A stretch of 64,000 bases of DNA from Fimbriimonadia bacterium (GCA_041483895.1 JBGPGO010000017.1:13808-77807); one strand, 5' to 3'. Positions 48,530 through 59,124 are shown, counted from the stretch's first letter. Notes: a model not told the origin generated them from the sequence alone. Numbers and translations are program-made.

Positions 48530-48941
48530 TTTTGGTCCGCTATTGGAACCTGCGGCGACCTACTTTGGCGAGATCGATCGGTTGGTATCGGCTGTGAGTC
48601 CTGTTGAAGAAATGCCGAACCCCGAAGAGCCGCTCGCAGATGGCAACTTCGGCACAGCGCAGCGGAATTGAGAACATATCTCGACCCCGGTAAATCCAAA
48701 GGGCGACTTCCTCCGGACGGATGCAGCGCCGGGAAGAAAACGTGGGAAATCGGAAGCGGCCCCGCATGTTGCTCGCGCTTCCGGCGCCGGTCCCTCATCG
48801 GAGCAGGTTGACCTCCAGCGCCGGACAAACGAACTGCTGGAGCGGATGATTACGGCGATTACCGCAAACGGATCACCGTCGCGAAGCCGGGCCCATTGGA
48901 TCGGACCGTCGATCTCCGAGCAACTGGCAACGGACCTATAA
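48519..48941 (+). pseudogene. Very short tape-measure-position ORF with an in-frame TGA at 48669-48671
   Basis: GGAGGAGGTG RBS; frame stays open after the TGA (…VDLQRRTNELLERMITAI…) up to 6 nt before the next ATG; not in the ORF track. Confidence 0.5.
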
Positions 48942-48947
48942 CTACAG

Positions 48948-51191
48948 ATGTCACTGCAACTCAACCTAAACATAAACGGATACGATCTGATTGAGGCCGG
49001 ATGGGGAAAGACCCTATCCGCGCAGCAGTTCGTCGTCGATGGGCCGCTGGACAAAGACCTATGGCGGGAGCCGCTGACGGGCGCGCTGATGCTGCGGCCG
49101 GCGCCGTTCTCGGCGGAGTGGCGGGAGAGTCTTTCGTTCGAAGCGAGCAAGCTGGACGCGACCGATTTCCATCTCCAATCCCCCTATTGGGAGACGATCC
49201 TGACCAAAGGCGGCGACAGCGATCCGTTTCTCTCCACCGTTTATGCCGCGGGCAGCACGACATCCGGAATCGAATACAGCACCGGGATAGACATCGCAGG
49301 CCTGAAGACCAGCTACGGCGATAGTCTCGTCTGGGCGCTGCAGTCGAAGACGAATTCGGAGCTCAACCAGGGCCTCTACGCTGAGGTCCGGAACTTTGGA
49401 TACAACTTCGAGAAGGTCTCCAACTACCTGGCGATCATGTTTGGCCAATACGCGATTCGACTTCAAACCGACGGCATCGCCATTCTATATAAGTATAAGC
49501 CTGCCGCAAATAGTTGGACATTTCTCAAAGAAATGCGGTTTGCGGGTCAATCGGAACAGCACGGGACAAGCCTGTCGCTGCTCATCCTTCCCGTTCTTGG
49601 AAACCGGCTGCATTTCTATTTTTCGACCGGCCGCGCCGTCAACGCCGCCTATGACAATCAGCGGTCGCCCGGGCCGCGCGACAGTTACTATTCGTACCGG
49701 ATGCCGATTGAGGAAGAGACCTGGGACAACAGCGCTAAAGTGTGGCGGGTCGTCGACCAATCCCCCATCCGAGTGGCCGTAGCGCCGGGCCGGCGGTACC
49801 TGATGCAGATGGGCCGCGTCGTCTTTCCGACCGACGCCAAGTCCGCGACGCTTGGGCACGATGACCTCGGCCTGCCGCGATCGAATGACCCTTCGGCGAC
49901 TCTCTACGGATACGCGCCGGGAAATTCAAGCGTGGACAGCACGATTCTGGACAAGACGACCGGTGTGGAATTCCTGTCCGGAACGGATACCAAGCCGCAG
50001 CCAAGGGTAACGCTCCAGGCAGCGTCCAACGGCATCTGGAGCCCGGAGGTGCACGGAGTCGCCCTTGATTTTCCGGAGCTTATCTTTGCCATCAGCCGTA
50101 GCCAGATGAACGCTTCCGTGGACGTATTGCGGGTCCGCTTGCGGCTTCATAATGAGCTGGAACCTCAGGAGATGGAGGTCTATCTGCGAGATCCGATTGG
50201 GGCGTACTCGTCGCTCCGCGAATTGGCCTCCGTTCCTTCCAAACTCGCTTTGGCCGGGGGGATCGTTTTTCAGGGCGACAGCGTGCGGGTGGAATCGCTG
50301 GATGCTCCCGGCCCGCCCGTCGTGCGCCTGCGATTTCGGGACGGATGGGAGCGATTGGAGCAACTGCAATTTGGTCCGGAGATCAACTACGACGGAATGC
50401 TTCACACGGACGTGATTCGGCGCGTTCTCAACCGTGCCGGCTTTCCGGATGGTTTCATATCAATCTCGGATGACGATGTTCAATTGCCGGGAGGCGGTCA
50501 GTCTACGGGCGATCCGAATTCGATTCCATTGAGCCCGGCGGCGAACGATTGGCGATTTGCCCCAAAGCCTCGTGACACGCCCGCCGAAATCGCGAGACTG
50601 GTCGCGAAGCAGTTTTCCGGCTGGCGGCTTCGGCATGACGGCGGCGTTTGGCGCTATCAACCCAAGCCCGGCTCGACGACGCCTTCCAAATACGTTTACC
50701 TCACTACAGGAGGCTATAACGGATCCGGCCACAGTGCCGCGGATCGGATTCGCGCGTTCGATTATCGTCAACACAAATTTCCGCCGGACTTCAACACGCT
50801 GTACGTTTATTGCGCGGATGCGACGGGCGGCGAGGTCCGGCGCGTGACGACGATTGAACAGAACGAGCCGTCGATCACTGATTCCGGAAGCGATGACTAC
50901 GTCGGGCGAGTTTCGGAATCCCACATTTCGGTATCGTGGGCGCCCACGCTTGGGGCCTGCTCCCGCGTGTCGCGATTGCTGATGGAAGAGAGCGGGCACG
51001 CGCGGCGCGTGGTGGTCTTCACCGGGGAATGGAAGCCGGGATTCGTGCCGGATACGATTGCTGAGTTATTCGGGACGAACAACGAGTCGCTGGGGATATT
51101 TCTTCTGGAAGAAGTGGAGATATGGATCACGCGCGATTGGGATGAACTGTACGAAGCGACCTATGTCGCGTCCCGTTTGGTTGCGCCGTAG
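48948..51191 (+). CDS. Large tail/baseplate-hub-like protein (hypothetical)
   Basis: 747 aa ORF in the tail region; C-terminal half with a hub-like pattern (VFQG, RDGWERL, PDFNTLYV). Confidence 0.55.
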   Translation: MSLQLNLNINGYDLIEAGWGKTLSAQQFVVDGPLDKDLWREPLTGALMLRPAPFSAEWRESLSFEASKLDATDFHLQSPYWETILTKGGDSDPFLSTVYAAGSTTSGIEYSTGIDIAGLKTSYGDSLVWALQSKTNSELNQGLYAEVRNFGYNFEKVSNYLAIMFGQYAIRLQTDGIAILYKYKPAANSWTFLKEMRFAGQSEQHGTSLSLLILPVLGNRLHFYFSTGRAVNAAYDNQRSPGPRDSYYSYRMPIEEETWDNSAKVWRVVDQSPIRVAVAPGRRYLMQMGRVVFPTDAKSATLGHDDLGLPRSNDPSATLYGYAPGNSSVDSTILDKTTGVEFLSGTDTKPQPRVTLQAASNGIWSPEVHGVALDFPELIFAISRSQMNASVDVLRVRLRLHNELEPQEMEVYLRDPIGAYSSLRELASVPSKLALAGGIVFQGDSVRVESLDAPGPPVVRLRFRDGWERLEQLQFGPEINYDGMLHTDVIRRVLNRAGFPDGFISISDDDVQLPGGGQSTGDPNSIPLSPAANDWRFAPKPRDTPAEIARLVAKQFSGWRLRHDGGVWRYQPKPGSTTPSKYVYLTTGGYNGSGHSAADRIRAFDYRQHKFPPDFNTLYVYCADATGGEVRRVTTIEQNEPSITDSGSDDYVGRVSESHISVSWAPTLGACSRVSRLLMEESGHARRVVVFTGEWKPGFVPDTIAELFGTNNESLGIFLLEEVEIWITRDWDELYEATYVASRLVAP

Positions 51192-51206
51192 CGCTGGAGG
51201 AGATCG

Positions 51207-51434
51207 ATGAGACCACAAAGCGATTGGATTCGGCGGGCATTGCGAAGGCATGCTCGAAAGCAATATGTATCGGAGGCCGATGGTCCGTTTACGAGCGGAA
51301 ACCTGTCAACGCAGAAGATGGATGTTTTGCGCCTGCCGCTATCCGCCTCTGCGAGACTGGATGCCGGCAACGATGGCGGCCTCTTTTTGATAGGGCTTTC
51401 CCTTGTGGGCGGCGAGGATGTTATTGGACTCTGA
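51207..51434 (+). CDS. Small hypothetical phage-like protein
   Basis: GGAGGAG RBS; C-terminal FLIGLSLVGGEDVIG motif. Confidence 0.6.
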   Translation: MRPQSDWIRRALRRHARKQYVSEADGPFTSGNLSTQKMDVLRLPLSASARLDAGNDGGLFLIGLSLVGGEDVIGL

Positions 51435-51451
51435 TTCGGCCCAGTAGCGTT

Positions 51452-51659
51452 GGTAGCCGCACGCTGTAGCTTGCTCCGGGTTCGGACTCCCTCCTCCGCT
51501 TGCGGGGGAGGGTTGGGGTGGGGGCGTATCGCTGGGTTTCAACGCGTCTGCGCAAGCTGAAGCGTGCGGCTACCGGTTGATGACAACAAAGGAAATCCAC
51601 ATTCCATTTCATTGACGATCGCATCGTCAAGACCGCGCAAGCTAAGGCATGCGGCTACC
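51452..51659. repeat. Repeat cluster: three REP family C copies (GGTAGCCGCACGCTTTAGCTTGCG-like) plus one boxC-like copy
   Basis: REP at 51452-51474 (+), 51550-51574 (-), 51635-51659 (-); boxC-like 51488-51524. Confidence 0.88.
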
Positions 51660-51684
51660 GGTTGACGACAACAAAGGAGAATTT

Positions 51685-54592
51685 GTGGCGGCGGATATTT
51701 TTCGCACTGGCAGGACGCGGCGGCTGACTCTTACCTTCGACTACGAGATGCTTGGGTTATATCGCGAGATATTCCCCGTCGGTCCGGGCTTCATCGCCCA
51801 GACCGGCATGGCGGTCCACTGGATGGGATTCGAGCTTTGGGGCGGCGCACTCAATGACGTCTGCGGCCAGATCCCGACCGGAGCTCCCGGCAGCGGTTTT
51901 CTCCCGCCTCCGGCGGGCGGACCGTCCGGCATCGTGTATGTGTTCCAGCTCAAGCTTCCCGCCGATCTGGGCGTTGGATGGGGCAATTTTTACAATCAGT
52001 ATGGTCCCTGGGGCAGCCCGGGCCATCAGTACCCGGTCGCCGCGTATCAGGAGATGCCGGATGCGACGCCGACGGATTTCAGCGCGAAGGGTTCGGTCAC
52101 GCTCTATATGGACGTCGAGGAATGGAAACAGATTAGCGTCGACTTAGCCACGCCCCGAGTCCTGCTGGATTACCCGACGAGCGGCGCGGGCCCCGCTGAC
52201 GACGACTTTGTGGGGCTTTCGACTTTGGGATACTTTGAGGGCCCAAAGGCGGGCGGCGAATATGGCTTTTCGATCGCGATGACAAACGGCAATGGCGCGA
52301 GCTTCTCTGGATCGATTCCCGCCGGACTGAGCGGCGCGGAACCGGAAGCGCACCGGTCGATTGCCCGCATTTTGATGGCGCCGTCCGGAGACGATCCGAT
52401 CGCCGCCAAAATCAAAACTATGAAGCTGAACGGAGACCCGATCGACTTCGACCTTCTTCAATACAGCAGCTCGCCGGTCGCCGTCAGCGGAACTTCCGGC
52501 GGTACGATTAACTTCGATGTGGATCCGACAACCGTCCTTGGTCCGTACCAGGCGCGGTGTGACTGCACGCCGGATACCGCAATTCACATCGATGGCCTAA
52601 CCACGCGCTTGTTTGAGCAGAATTACGGCGCATCCGTGGATGTCAGGCGGTCTTGGGCCGATACTCCTTTGCTGTCCTGCGCCAACGGCGTCTACTCAGG
52701 TACCGAAAGCTACAAAGATGAGTCGGTTTCCGTGCAACTATGCGACAGCATCGGACCAATTGTACTGCAATCCGCTCTCGTGCAAAAACCGGACCTGTTC
52801 GTATGGCTGGACAACGCCTGGATGGTGGCGAATGGGGAAATGCCGCAGGATTGGCGCATCCTCATCGCGGATGATTTTTCCTGGGCGCCGTTCTCACTCA
52901 TGCATCGGTCCACAAGCCTGATTGATGATTTCAATAGCACTGCCGGATGGAGCGGTGCGAACGTGACACTCAGCGTTGCGAGCGGCGCGATGGTGACGAA
53001 GGTGAGTGGCGGAGCCGGTTCTGTGACAAAAAACTACTCCGAAGACGCCTCTCAGTATAGACGGCTTCGCCTCCGCGCGAGAGGCTCCGGCTCATCTACC
53101 ATTCGCGTCCGAATCAATGGCAGCGGGCTCTATTCTTGGAATGTTGCTGTCGGCCCGATCTATCAGGAAATCGTGATCGATTTATGCGCTCCCGGCGGAT
53201 CATCGGCTCTCTATGATCTGACCGACAATAGCTATGTCGCTCCCGGCGACTTTTATGGACCGCAACAGATAGCAAGCATCGCATTCGAGGACCTCCAAAA
53301 CGGTCAGACATACTACTTCGATAGAATTGAATTTATCCGAAGCGGCAGCGCCACCTACACTCCACTGCCGCCCTTCGATGAGAGCTATGTCGGAGATGAT
53401 GGCATTCGTCGGTATCGAGTATGTTGGGGCCTTGCAGACCGGCGGCAGGTGTTTGATATGCCGTACCGGAAGGATGACACGTTTGTCAGCGTCGCGGCGC
53501 TGATATCGGAGATCCAATCGCACGACGCATACGATATGAGAATCACGGCGGTCGCATCGCCGGCCAGCGACGCAACGAACTACTATTTCAATCACTCAGC
53601 CAGGCCCGCGGCGTTCATGGCGACCGAAACCTATCAGGGAGGCATTCGACGCAGCCGCGTGGACACGCCGATGGGGGGGGTTGTCCTCCGTGCAGTGGCT
53701 GCTGCGATTCGACAAAGTGGAGATCTACCCAGGTATCGGAAATCCCGCGGGCAGCTTTGGGGGGGCCTATCCGTTGCGATTTACCAAACGGTTGGAAATG
53801 ACGGCGCATGGCCTTGTGCTCGACAATTCCGCTCACCACGCGGCGGCAGGAGCATCCGTCGATTTGAAGCTGGGGAGCGGGGTCCAGCAGACGGTGATTG
53901 CCGATTCGGAAGGTTACTATCGCTTCGCCCCGTTCAAAACATTGGCGGGTTCCTGGAAGGTTGCGTCCGGGACGAGCGGCGACGTCACGCTTTCATCCGG
54001 ACTGACGGACAGAAAGTACCGATGGGCGGGGCTGGCAAGCAACACGGCCTTGGTCGCCGGCCCAACAGCCATCGTCGCCGACAAGACCGGACGCCTCTAC
54101 ATCGCGAATGTGGATGATACCAATCTCTGATGCCGGCGGATCGACATCGGCGGATCAGCGCAAGACTTCTTGGTGGAATCCGGCGTAGAGCAGGACGGCA
54201 TCGGCATAACCTGGGCGCAGCCACATCAACTGTTTGTCATATATCTGTTGTCCGGCTCAATCCATTTCCGCAAATCAGAAGATGACGCAGCGACATGGGA
54301 GGAAGCGGTGGAAATATTTGCAAGTGGCGATTATCCGAATATAGCCGCCGATCCCGCGAACGGATTGCTGTATGCGTTTCGGCACGATGGCAGCGATCTG
54401 GTAAGCAAGAGATCGGTGGATGGTGGCGCTACATGGCAGAGCGAAATAGTAGTTGTATCATCCTGTCCAGCCCAACAGTGCGGCGTAACCGTTCGGCCGG
54501 ACGAGTCATATTCGATATATGTATCATACAAAGATGCGGGTGGTGCGATCCAAACCGCGATCAGCAAGGACAACGGACTTACATGGGGGTAA
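51685..54592 (+). pseudogene. Large tail-associated protein broken by a frameshift at G8 (53673-53680) and an in-frame TGA (54128-54130)
   Basis: AAAGGAGA RBS + GTG 51685; removing one G joins ORF 53681-54130, which is in frame with ORF 54170-54592 (BNR-like S-x-D-x-x-x-TW repeats). Confidence 0.7.
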
Positions 54593-54595
54593 CGC

Positions 54596-55789
54596 ATGGG
54601 ATATAACCGATTGACCGATGGCGGTGTGCTGTCGGCAACGCAACAGAATCAAAACTGGTCGGATATCGAGGCGCTGTCGGAAATAGGGGAAGGATTCTGC
54701 GTTTTGTCGGGCCTTACCCTGGCAGCGGGGTCTGGATTGTCGGTTGACGTGGCCGCCGGGCAGGCCGTGATCAATAAACTTGTGACAAAGAGCGCGGAGA
54801 CGGTTACGGGGCTGCCCGCCTCAACAACAACATATCTGTGGCTTCGCGATGACGGCGTCTTCACGCAGACATCGAGTCTGTCCCCTCCGACCGGTGCACA
54901 TGCGCTGCTGGGGTCCGTGACGACTGGGACTACGGACGTCACGGGGGTTGACAGCGCCATAGCCTGGAAGGGCCGGCGCGTCGAGGACGCCACGAAGCTG
55001 ATTGCGGGTCCGAATTCTCTCACCGTGGTCCTGAACGCACCGCAAGTTGGTGTTGGAACCGATTCTCCTTCGGACACGCTGCACGTTTCGGGCATTGCGC
55101 GGGCGGATGCGATCTCTTTGCCGGAACGGGCATCGCCGCCCACGCCGGTGGCGAATCGAGCATTCTTGTATTCCAAGGACGACAGCGGCGACACAGAGCT
55201 GTTTTTCTGTGATGACGGAGGCGCGGAAGTTCAACTGACACGAGACGGCAATATCGCCGTCGCGGCCTACCTGCTCCTCGCCGGCGGAACCATGGGAGGG
55301 AACGTCGTGATGGGAGGCAGTCACAAGCTGACCGGATTGGCCGCCGGAACGGCGAACGGCGATAGCGTGCGATACGAGCAGTTGATGAATCATAGCATTC
55401 GAACTTTCGGAATCAATGCATTATCTTATCTCCAGCTTCAGAATACGACTAGATACTATCCACTGAATGGCTATCGAGGGCCGAGCGTGGGAAATGAAGC
55501 ATACGTCCAGGTGAAGATGTATGAGAAATCGTATCAGTTCAAGAACTTGCGAGTATATGTCAGTGCGAACACGACGAGCGCGTCATCCACTGTCAAACTG
55601 CGCGACGATGGCGCGGATAGCAGCTTGGTTGTAACGATCGGCGCGGGGCAAACGGGATCGTTTGAGAATGTATCGGACACTCCCACCGTTGATGCCGGAT
55701 CGCTTTGCAACTACTCAGTGTTTGCGGGAGCGGGGGGAACGGGATCTATGACAATTGAATCAATACAGGTTGACGCGGTGAGCAGCTAA
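54596..55789 (+). CDS. Tail fibre-like protein
   Basis: VLSGL-x-L...GLSVDVAAG-x-A, VGVGTDSP-x-x-x-LHV-x-G, LAGGTMGG, TGLAAGT-x-x-x-D-x-V fibre motifs. Confidence 0.75.
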   Translation: MGYNRLTDGGVLSATQQNQNWSDIEALSEIGEGFCVLSGLTLAAGSGLSVDVAAGQAVINKLVTKSAETVTGLPASTTTYLWLRDDGVFTQTSSLSPPTGAHALLGSVTTGTTDVTGVDSAIAWKGRRVEDATKLIAGPNSLTVVLNAPQVGVGTDSPSDTLHVSGIARADAISLPERASPPTPVANRAFLYSKDDSGDTELFFCDDGGAEVQLTRDGNIAVAAYLLLAGGTMGGNVVMGGSHKLTGLAAGTANGDSVRYEQLMNHSIRTFGINALSYLQLQNTTRYYPLNGYRGPSVGNEAYVQVKMYEKSYQFKNLRVYVSANTTSASSTVKLRDDGADSSLVVTIGAGQTGSFENVSDTPTVDAGSLCNYSVFAGAGGTGSMTIESIQVDAVSS

Positions 55790-56100
55790 TGGTGATACGA
55801 TGGAGTCCGGATACGTGTGATTGTGTGATTGACATGGATGAAAACGGCAAGTATGTCGGAACAGTTGCGGTGTGCAAAGAGCCGGCGCACAAAGCGGCAG
55901 CCGGGGATGGCGGCCATTTAGCCGTGGTGATCGGCCACCAAGCGCCATATAATGACCTGGGAAAGTACTCTTCTGACAAGTCGGAGGACATGCAGCCGTG
56001 GGACTTCGACGAGCGGTCGGAGAAGATAAGGGACGTGCAGGCGAAGGCGTCGGCGGCGAAAGAGGCCGAGCGGGATAGGATTCGAGCGCTTGGTGCGTAA
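55789..56100 (+). CDS. Hypothetical phage-like protein (possible fibre chaperone)
   Basis: TAATG overlap with the fibre gene; W-x-PDTC-x-C...C...H motif. Confidence 0.6.
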   Translation: MVIRWSPDTCDCVIDMDENGKYVGTVAVCKEPAHKAAAGDGGHLAVVIGHQAPYNDLGKYSSDKSEDMQPWDFDERSEKIRDVQAKASAAKEAERDRIRALGA

Positions 56101-56102
56101 CG

Positions 56103-56540
56103 ATGGATGGAATGGACGATAGCGGCTATTTGACGAGCGCCCACCCCCTGTTTGAGGTGGAGATGGAGCGCAGGCGCAGGGTCAGCCAGACGGCTTTTGG
56201 CAGCTTGGCGGTTGGGCTGTTTGCGGTCTGCGCCTTTCTTGTGGCGTACATTCCACTCGTTGTAATTCTGTATGTGCAGCTTGCGCCGCATCCGCCGCCA
56301 TTCAATTGGGGCGCGGCGTTGGTAGTTGGCGGCTGTCTGACGCCGCCGTATGTTGCCTTGCGGCTCTTGGCTCGGCGGCTCATGGTGGGATTTGCCCGCC
56401 TCGATGAGGCGGAGCGGAGGGTGCCGGCGAATTCCGATGCGCGGCGATTGCCGCTGCCACGGGGGTACTGCGGTCCAGCGCTCTTGCGGCGGTCCGACGA
56501 GCCAACGACGGATCTGTTACGACCGCACGAACTCTCGTAA
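56103..56540 (+). CDS. Hypothetical membrane protein with C-terminal LLR...LLRP motif
   Basis: Two TM helices; ALLRRSDEPTTDLLRP. Confidence 0.6.
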   Translation: MDGMDDSGYLTSAHPLFEVEMERRRRVSQTAFGSLAVGLFAVCAFLVAYIPLVVILYVQLAPHPPPFNWGAALVVGGCLTPPYVALRLLARRLMVGFARLDEAERRVPANSDARRLPLPRGYCGPALLRRSDEPTTDLLRPHELS

Positions 56541-57125
56541 AATCGCCCGTACCCATGTCGCATCGGTATTTGGAATCCTAATCGGCAGTGCGACCAGCTC
56601 GTACTCGCCCTCGGGCGCATCTCGCAGATCCAAATTCTCCAGAATGGCGATACCGGCTTCGCATAGCCGGAGGTGGTTGGGCAGCGTCTTGCTTTCGGCG
56701 GCATCGACCGAAGGGCCGTCCACCCCGATCAACACCGCGCCCATCCGGACCAGCCATTCGATCGCCGTACCAGGCGGATAGGTGAACGATGGGTCGAATT
56801 TCGAAAAGTCGGAGAGGCTGTTGCGAGTCTTGAATAGGACGCGTCGTCCCGGCGAGATGGTCAGACCCGCGAGGCGATCCCAATCGTCGATCTCGATCAC
56901 GTTGGCAGGGCCGATGAAGACCTCCAGAGGGTGATCCGGCGCGCCGTCTTTGTAATGATGGGGCTGGTCTATGTGCGTGCCGGCGTGGGCGCTGGCGGTC
57001 AGGCAGGTGACGTTGCACACGTCGCCGCGCTCCATGCTCATCGTCACGCTGCGCGAAAACGGCACATCGCCGGGGAAGACAGCGGTGGTTTCGTCGAGCG
57101 GCCGAGAAATGTCGATGATGCGCAC
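56517..57125 (-). CDS. Cyclase family / kynurenine formamidase (KynB-like)
   Basis: IDIS, VFPGD, HAGTHIDQP-x-H, GVDGPSVD, ILENL, ALP. Confidence 0.9.
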   Translation of the reverse strand: MRIIDISRPLDETTAVFPGDVPFSRSVTMSMERGDVCNVTCLTASAHAGTHIDQPHHYKDGAPDHPLEVFIGPANVIEIDDWDRLAGLTISPGRRVLFKTRNSLSDFSKFDPSFTYPPGTAIEWLVRMGAVLIGVDGPSVDAAESKTLPNHLRLCEAGIAILENLDLRDAPEGEYELVALPIRIPNTDATWVRAILREFVRS

Positions 57126-57189
57126 AAGCGGGGGATTCGATAGCCCCCCACCCTATCCCTTCACCGGCGCACACAAGGGTCTTCTCTTT

Positions 57190-57250
57190 CGCAAGCTAAA
57201 GCGTGCGGCTACCGGTTTGGATTCTGCGCAAGCTAGAGCGTGCGGCTACC
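57190..57250 (-). repeat. Two REP family C copies
   Basis: CGCAAGCTARAGCGTGCGGCTACC at 57190-57213 and 57227-57250; the second supplies the TAG stop of the SDR gene. Confidence 0.88.
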
Positions 57251-58205
57251 GGGATCGGTTGTATGCGGTGAGTCGATCTCTGCGCCGAGCCAGTTCGCTG
57301 TGGTAATGAAGACCCAAGGTTGCCGCGTTCTCCCGCGCCCAATCGGTTAGTCGCGTCTCGCCGGCCGGAGCGGAGTCCGTTAGCAGGAGATTCTGCATGA
57401 GACCGGTGATTTCGTCACGCGTGATGATGACATCGCCGACGAACCAGCCCATCGCGCGGGTGGCCAAATATGCGATCGCCGGCGGGACGGATAGAATGCG
57501 CCGCGGCTTTCCAATAATCTTCCCAATCTCCTCCGCAATTCCGCTATAGGTGAATGTTTCCGGGCCGGTAGCGTCGATGACAACATTCTCGCGAAGCGCG
57601 CCCTGCTCAATAGCCAGTTTCGCCAGATCGTCGACATAGATCGGCTGCATCCTGTATTGCCCGTCGCCGAACACGCCGAAAACCGGAAACCGGCGCAACG
57701 CCCAGGCGATGTTGTTTATGAAAATGTCCTCTTTGCCGAACAGCACCGTGGGACGCAAAATTGCATACGACAGTCCCGACTCTCGCAACGCACGCTCCAA
57801 CCGCGCTTTACCACTGAAGTACTCTAGGGGAGAGTCCTCAGACGGGTTGGTGATGCTGACATGGACCACGCGCGGCACACCCGCTCTTTTGGCGGCGTCG
57901 AACAGCGTCATCGTGTTGGCAACCGCCTGCGCAAACGTAAGGTTCCGGTAGTTGAAGCGCACCCAATAGGTGATGATGAACGCCTCCGCCCCATCCAATG
58001 CGTGCGCCAGACCGTCCGGATCGCCAAAGTCCAATGGCCGAACATCGATTTTGCCGTGCAGACGATGGGCGCGATTCGGGGAGTTCGTGAGCGTCCGAAC
58101 CTCATGCCCGGCGGCCAGCAGGCGCTCGGCGATGTACTGGCCGGAGTAGCCGAACGCACCGGTTACCACGTGCACGCTAGCGACCCAACCGCCCTCGGAA
58201 ATCAT
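57246..58205 (-). CDS. NAD(P)-binding atypical SDR (NDUFA9/NmrA-like)
   Basis: [10 protein letters not shown]-x-x-x-[22 protein letters not shown]. Confidence 0.85.
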   Translation of the reverse strand: MISEGGWVASVHVVTGAFGYSGQYIAERLLAAGHEVRTLTNSPNRAHRLHGKIDVRPLDFGDPDGLAHALDGAEAFIITYWVRFNYRNLTFAQAVANTMTLFDAAKRAGVPRVVHVSITNPSEDSPLEYFSGKARLERALRESGLSYAILRPTVLFGKEDIFINNIAWALRRFPVFGVFGDGQYRMQPIYVDDLAKLAIEQGALRENVVIDATGPETFTYSGIAEEIGKIIGKPRRILSVPPAIAYLATRAMGWFVGDVIITRDEITGLMQNLLLTDSAPAGETRLTDWARENAATLGLHYHSELARRRDRLTAYNRSR

Positions 58206-59124
58206 CCGCCGTCAGCCGCAGGCCTTCGTCAAGCTTCGTCGTCGGCTCCCAGCCCAGGATCGTGCGCGCCTTGGTAAGGTCCGGCCGGCGGCGACGGGGA
58301 TCGTCCTGTGGGGCCGGGTAGACGTGCTCGATCGGCCCCTGAGAACCCGTCACCCGCAGAACCGCCTGGGCAAATTCCAGCATCGTGAATTCCTGCTCCG
58401 AACCGATGTTCATCGGCAGTTGGTAATCCGAAAAAGCCAACCGCCAAGCGCCTTCCAAGATATCGGAGACGTAGCCAAAGCTTCGCGTCTGCAGCCCGTC
58501 GCCGTAGATGGTGAGCGGCTTTCCCTGCAGCGCCTGCATTAACAGATTCGGCACGACGCGTCCATCGTCCAGCCGCATCCGTGGACCATATGTGTTGAAA
58601 AATCGCACGATCCGGACATCGAGGCCATGGTAGCGATGATAGGCCATCGTCATCGACTCAGCATACCGTTTCGCTTCATCGTACACGCCGCGCGGCCCGA
58701 TCGGATTCACATTCCCCCAATACTCTTCCCTTTGCGGGTGCTCCAGCGGGTCGCCATAAACTTCCGACGTGGAGGCGAGCATGAACCGCGCGCCCTTGGC
58801 TTTCGCCAGCCCCAGGGCCTTATGCGTACCTAGCGCCCCGACCTTCAATGTCTGGATGGGATACCGCTCGAAATCCACCGGACTGGCAGGTGAGGCAAAA
58901 TGAAAAATGAAGTCCACCGGGCCCTCGACGTCGATGTGCTCGGTCACGTCAAACCTTACAAATTCAAATTGGGGATTGTCCATCGCATGCGCGATGTTAT
59001 TAGTACTGCCGGTGATCAGGTTGTCCAGGACGAGCACGCTCCAGCCCTCCGCCAGGAGACGGTCGGACAGGTGCGATCCCAAGAAGCCGGCGCCGCCGGT
59101 TATGACCGCCCGGGGCATTGGCAC
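58177..59124 (-). CDS. UDP-glucuronate decarboxylase-like NAD-dependent epimerase/dehydratase
   Basis: [37 protein letters not shown], NTYGPRM. Confidence 0.92.
   Translation of the reverse strand: MPMPRAVITGGAGFLGSHLSDRLLAEGWSVLVLDNLITGSTNNIAHAMDNPQFEFVRFDVTEHIDVEGPVDFIFHFASPASPVDFERYPIQTLKVGALGTHKALGLAKAKGARFMLASTSEVYGDPLEHPQREEYWGNVNPIGPRGVYDEAKRYAESMTMAYHRYHGLDVRIVRFFNTYGPRMRLDDGRVVPNLLMQALQGKPLTIYGDGLQTRSFGYVSDILEGAWRLAFSDYQLPMNIGSEQEFTMLEFAQAVLRVTGSQGPIEHVYPAPQDDPRRRRPDLTKARTILGWEPTTKLDEGLRLTADDFRGRLGR

Larger units (their letters stand above)
39503..56100 (+). mobile_element. Phage-derived head-tail morphogenesis cluster (GTA-like element or defective prophage)
   Basis: Co-oriented terminase, portal, protease, capsid, adaptor and tail genes; no integrase, replication or endolysin gene recognised. 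Confidence 0.85.

Noticed and set aside
51649..51684. ATG 51649 as start of the large tail protein
   Set aside because: This ATG lies inside a REP copy; GTG 51685 has a clear AAAGGAGA RBS.
47219..54130. Alternative genetic code (TAG or TGA recoding) in the phage-like cluster
   Set aside because: Internal stops are of mixed type and rare, and TAG and TGA both act as real stops for coupled genes in the cluster (capsid TAG, protease TGA).
39503..56100. Intact transposable Mu-like prophage, or contractile tailocin/eCIS
   Set aside because: No MuA/MuB, repressor or sheath gene is recognisable, and head and terminase genes are present, unlike tailocins.
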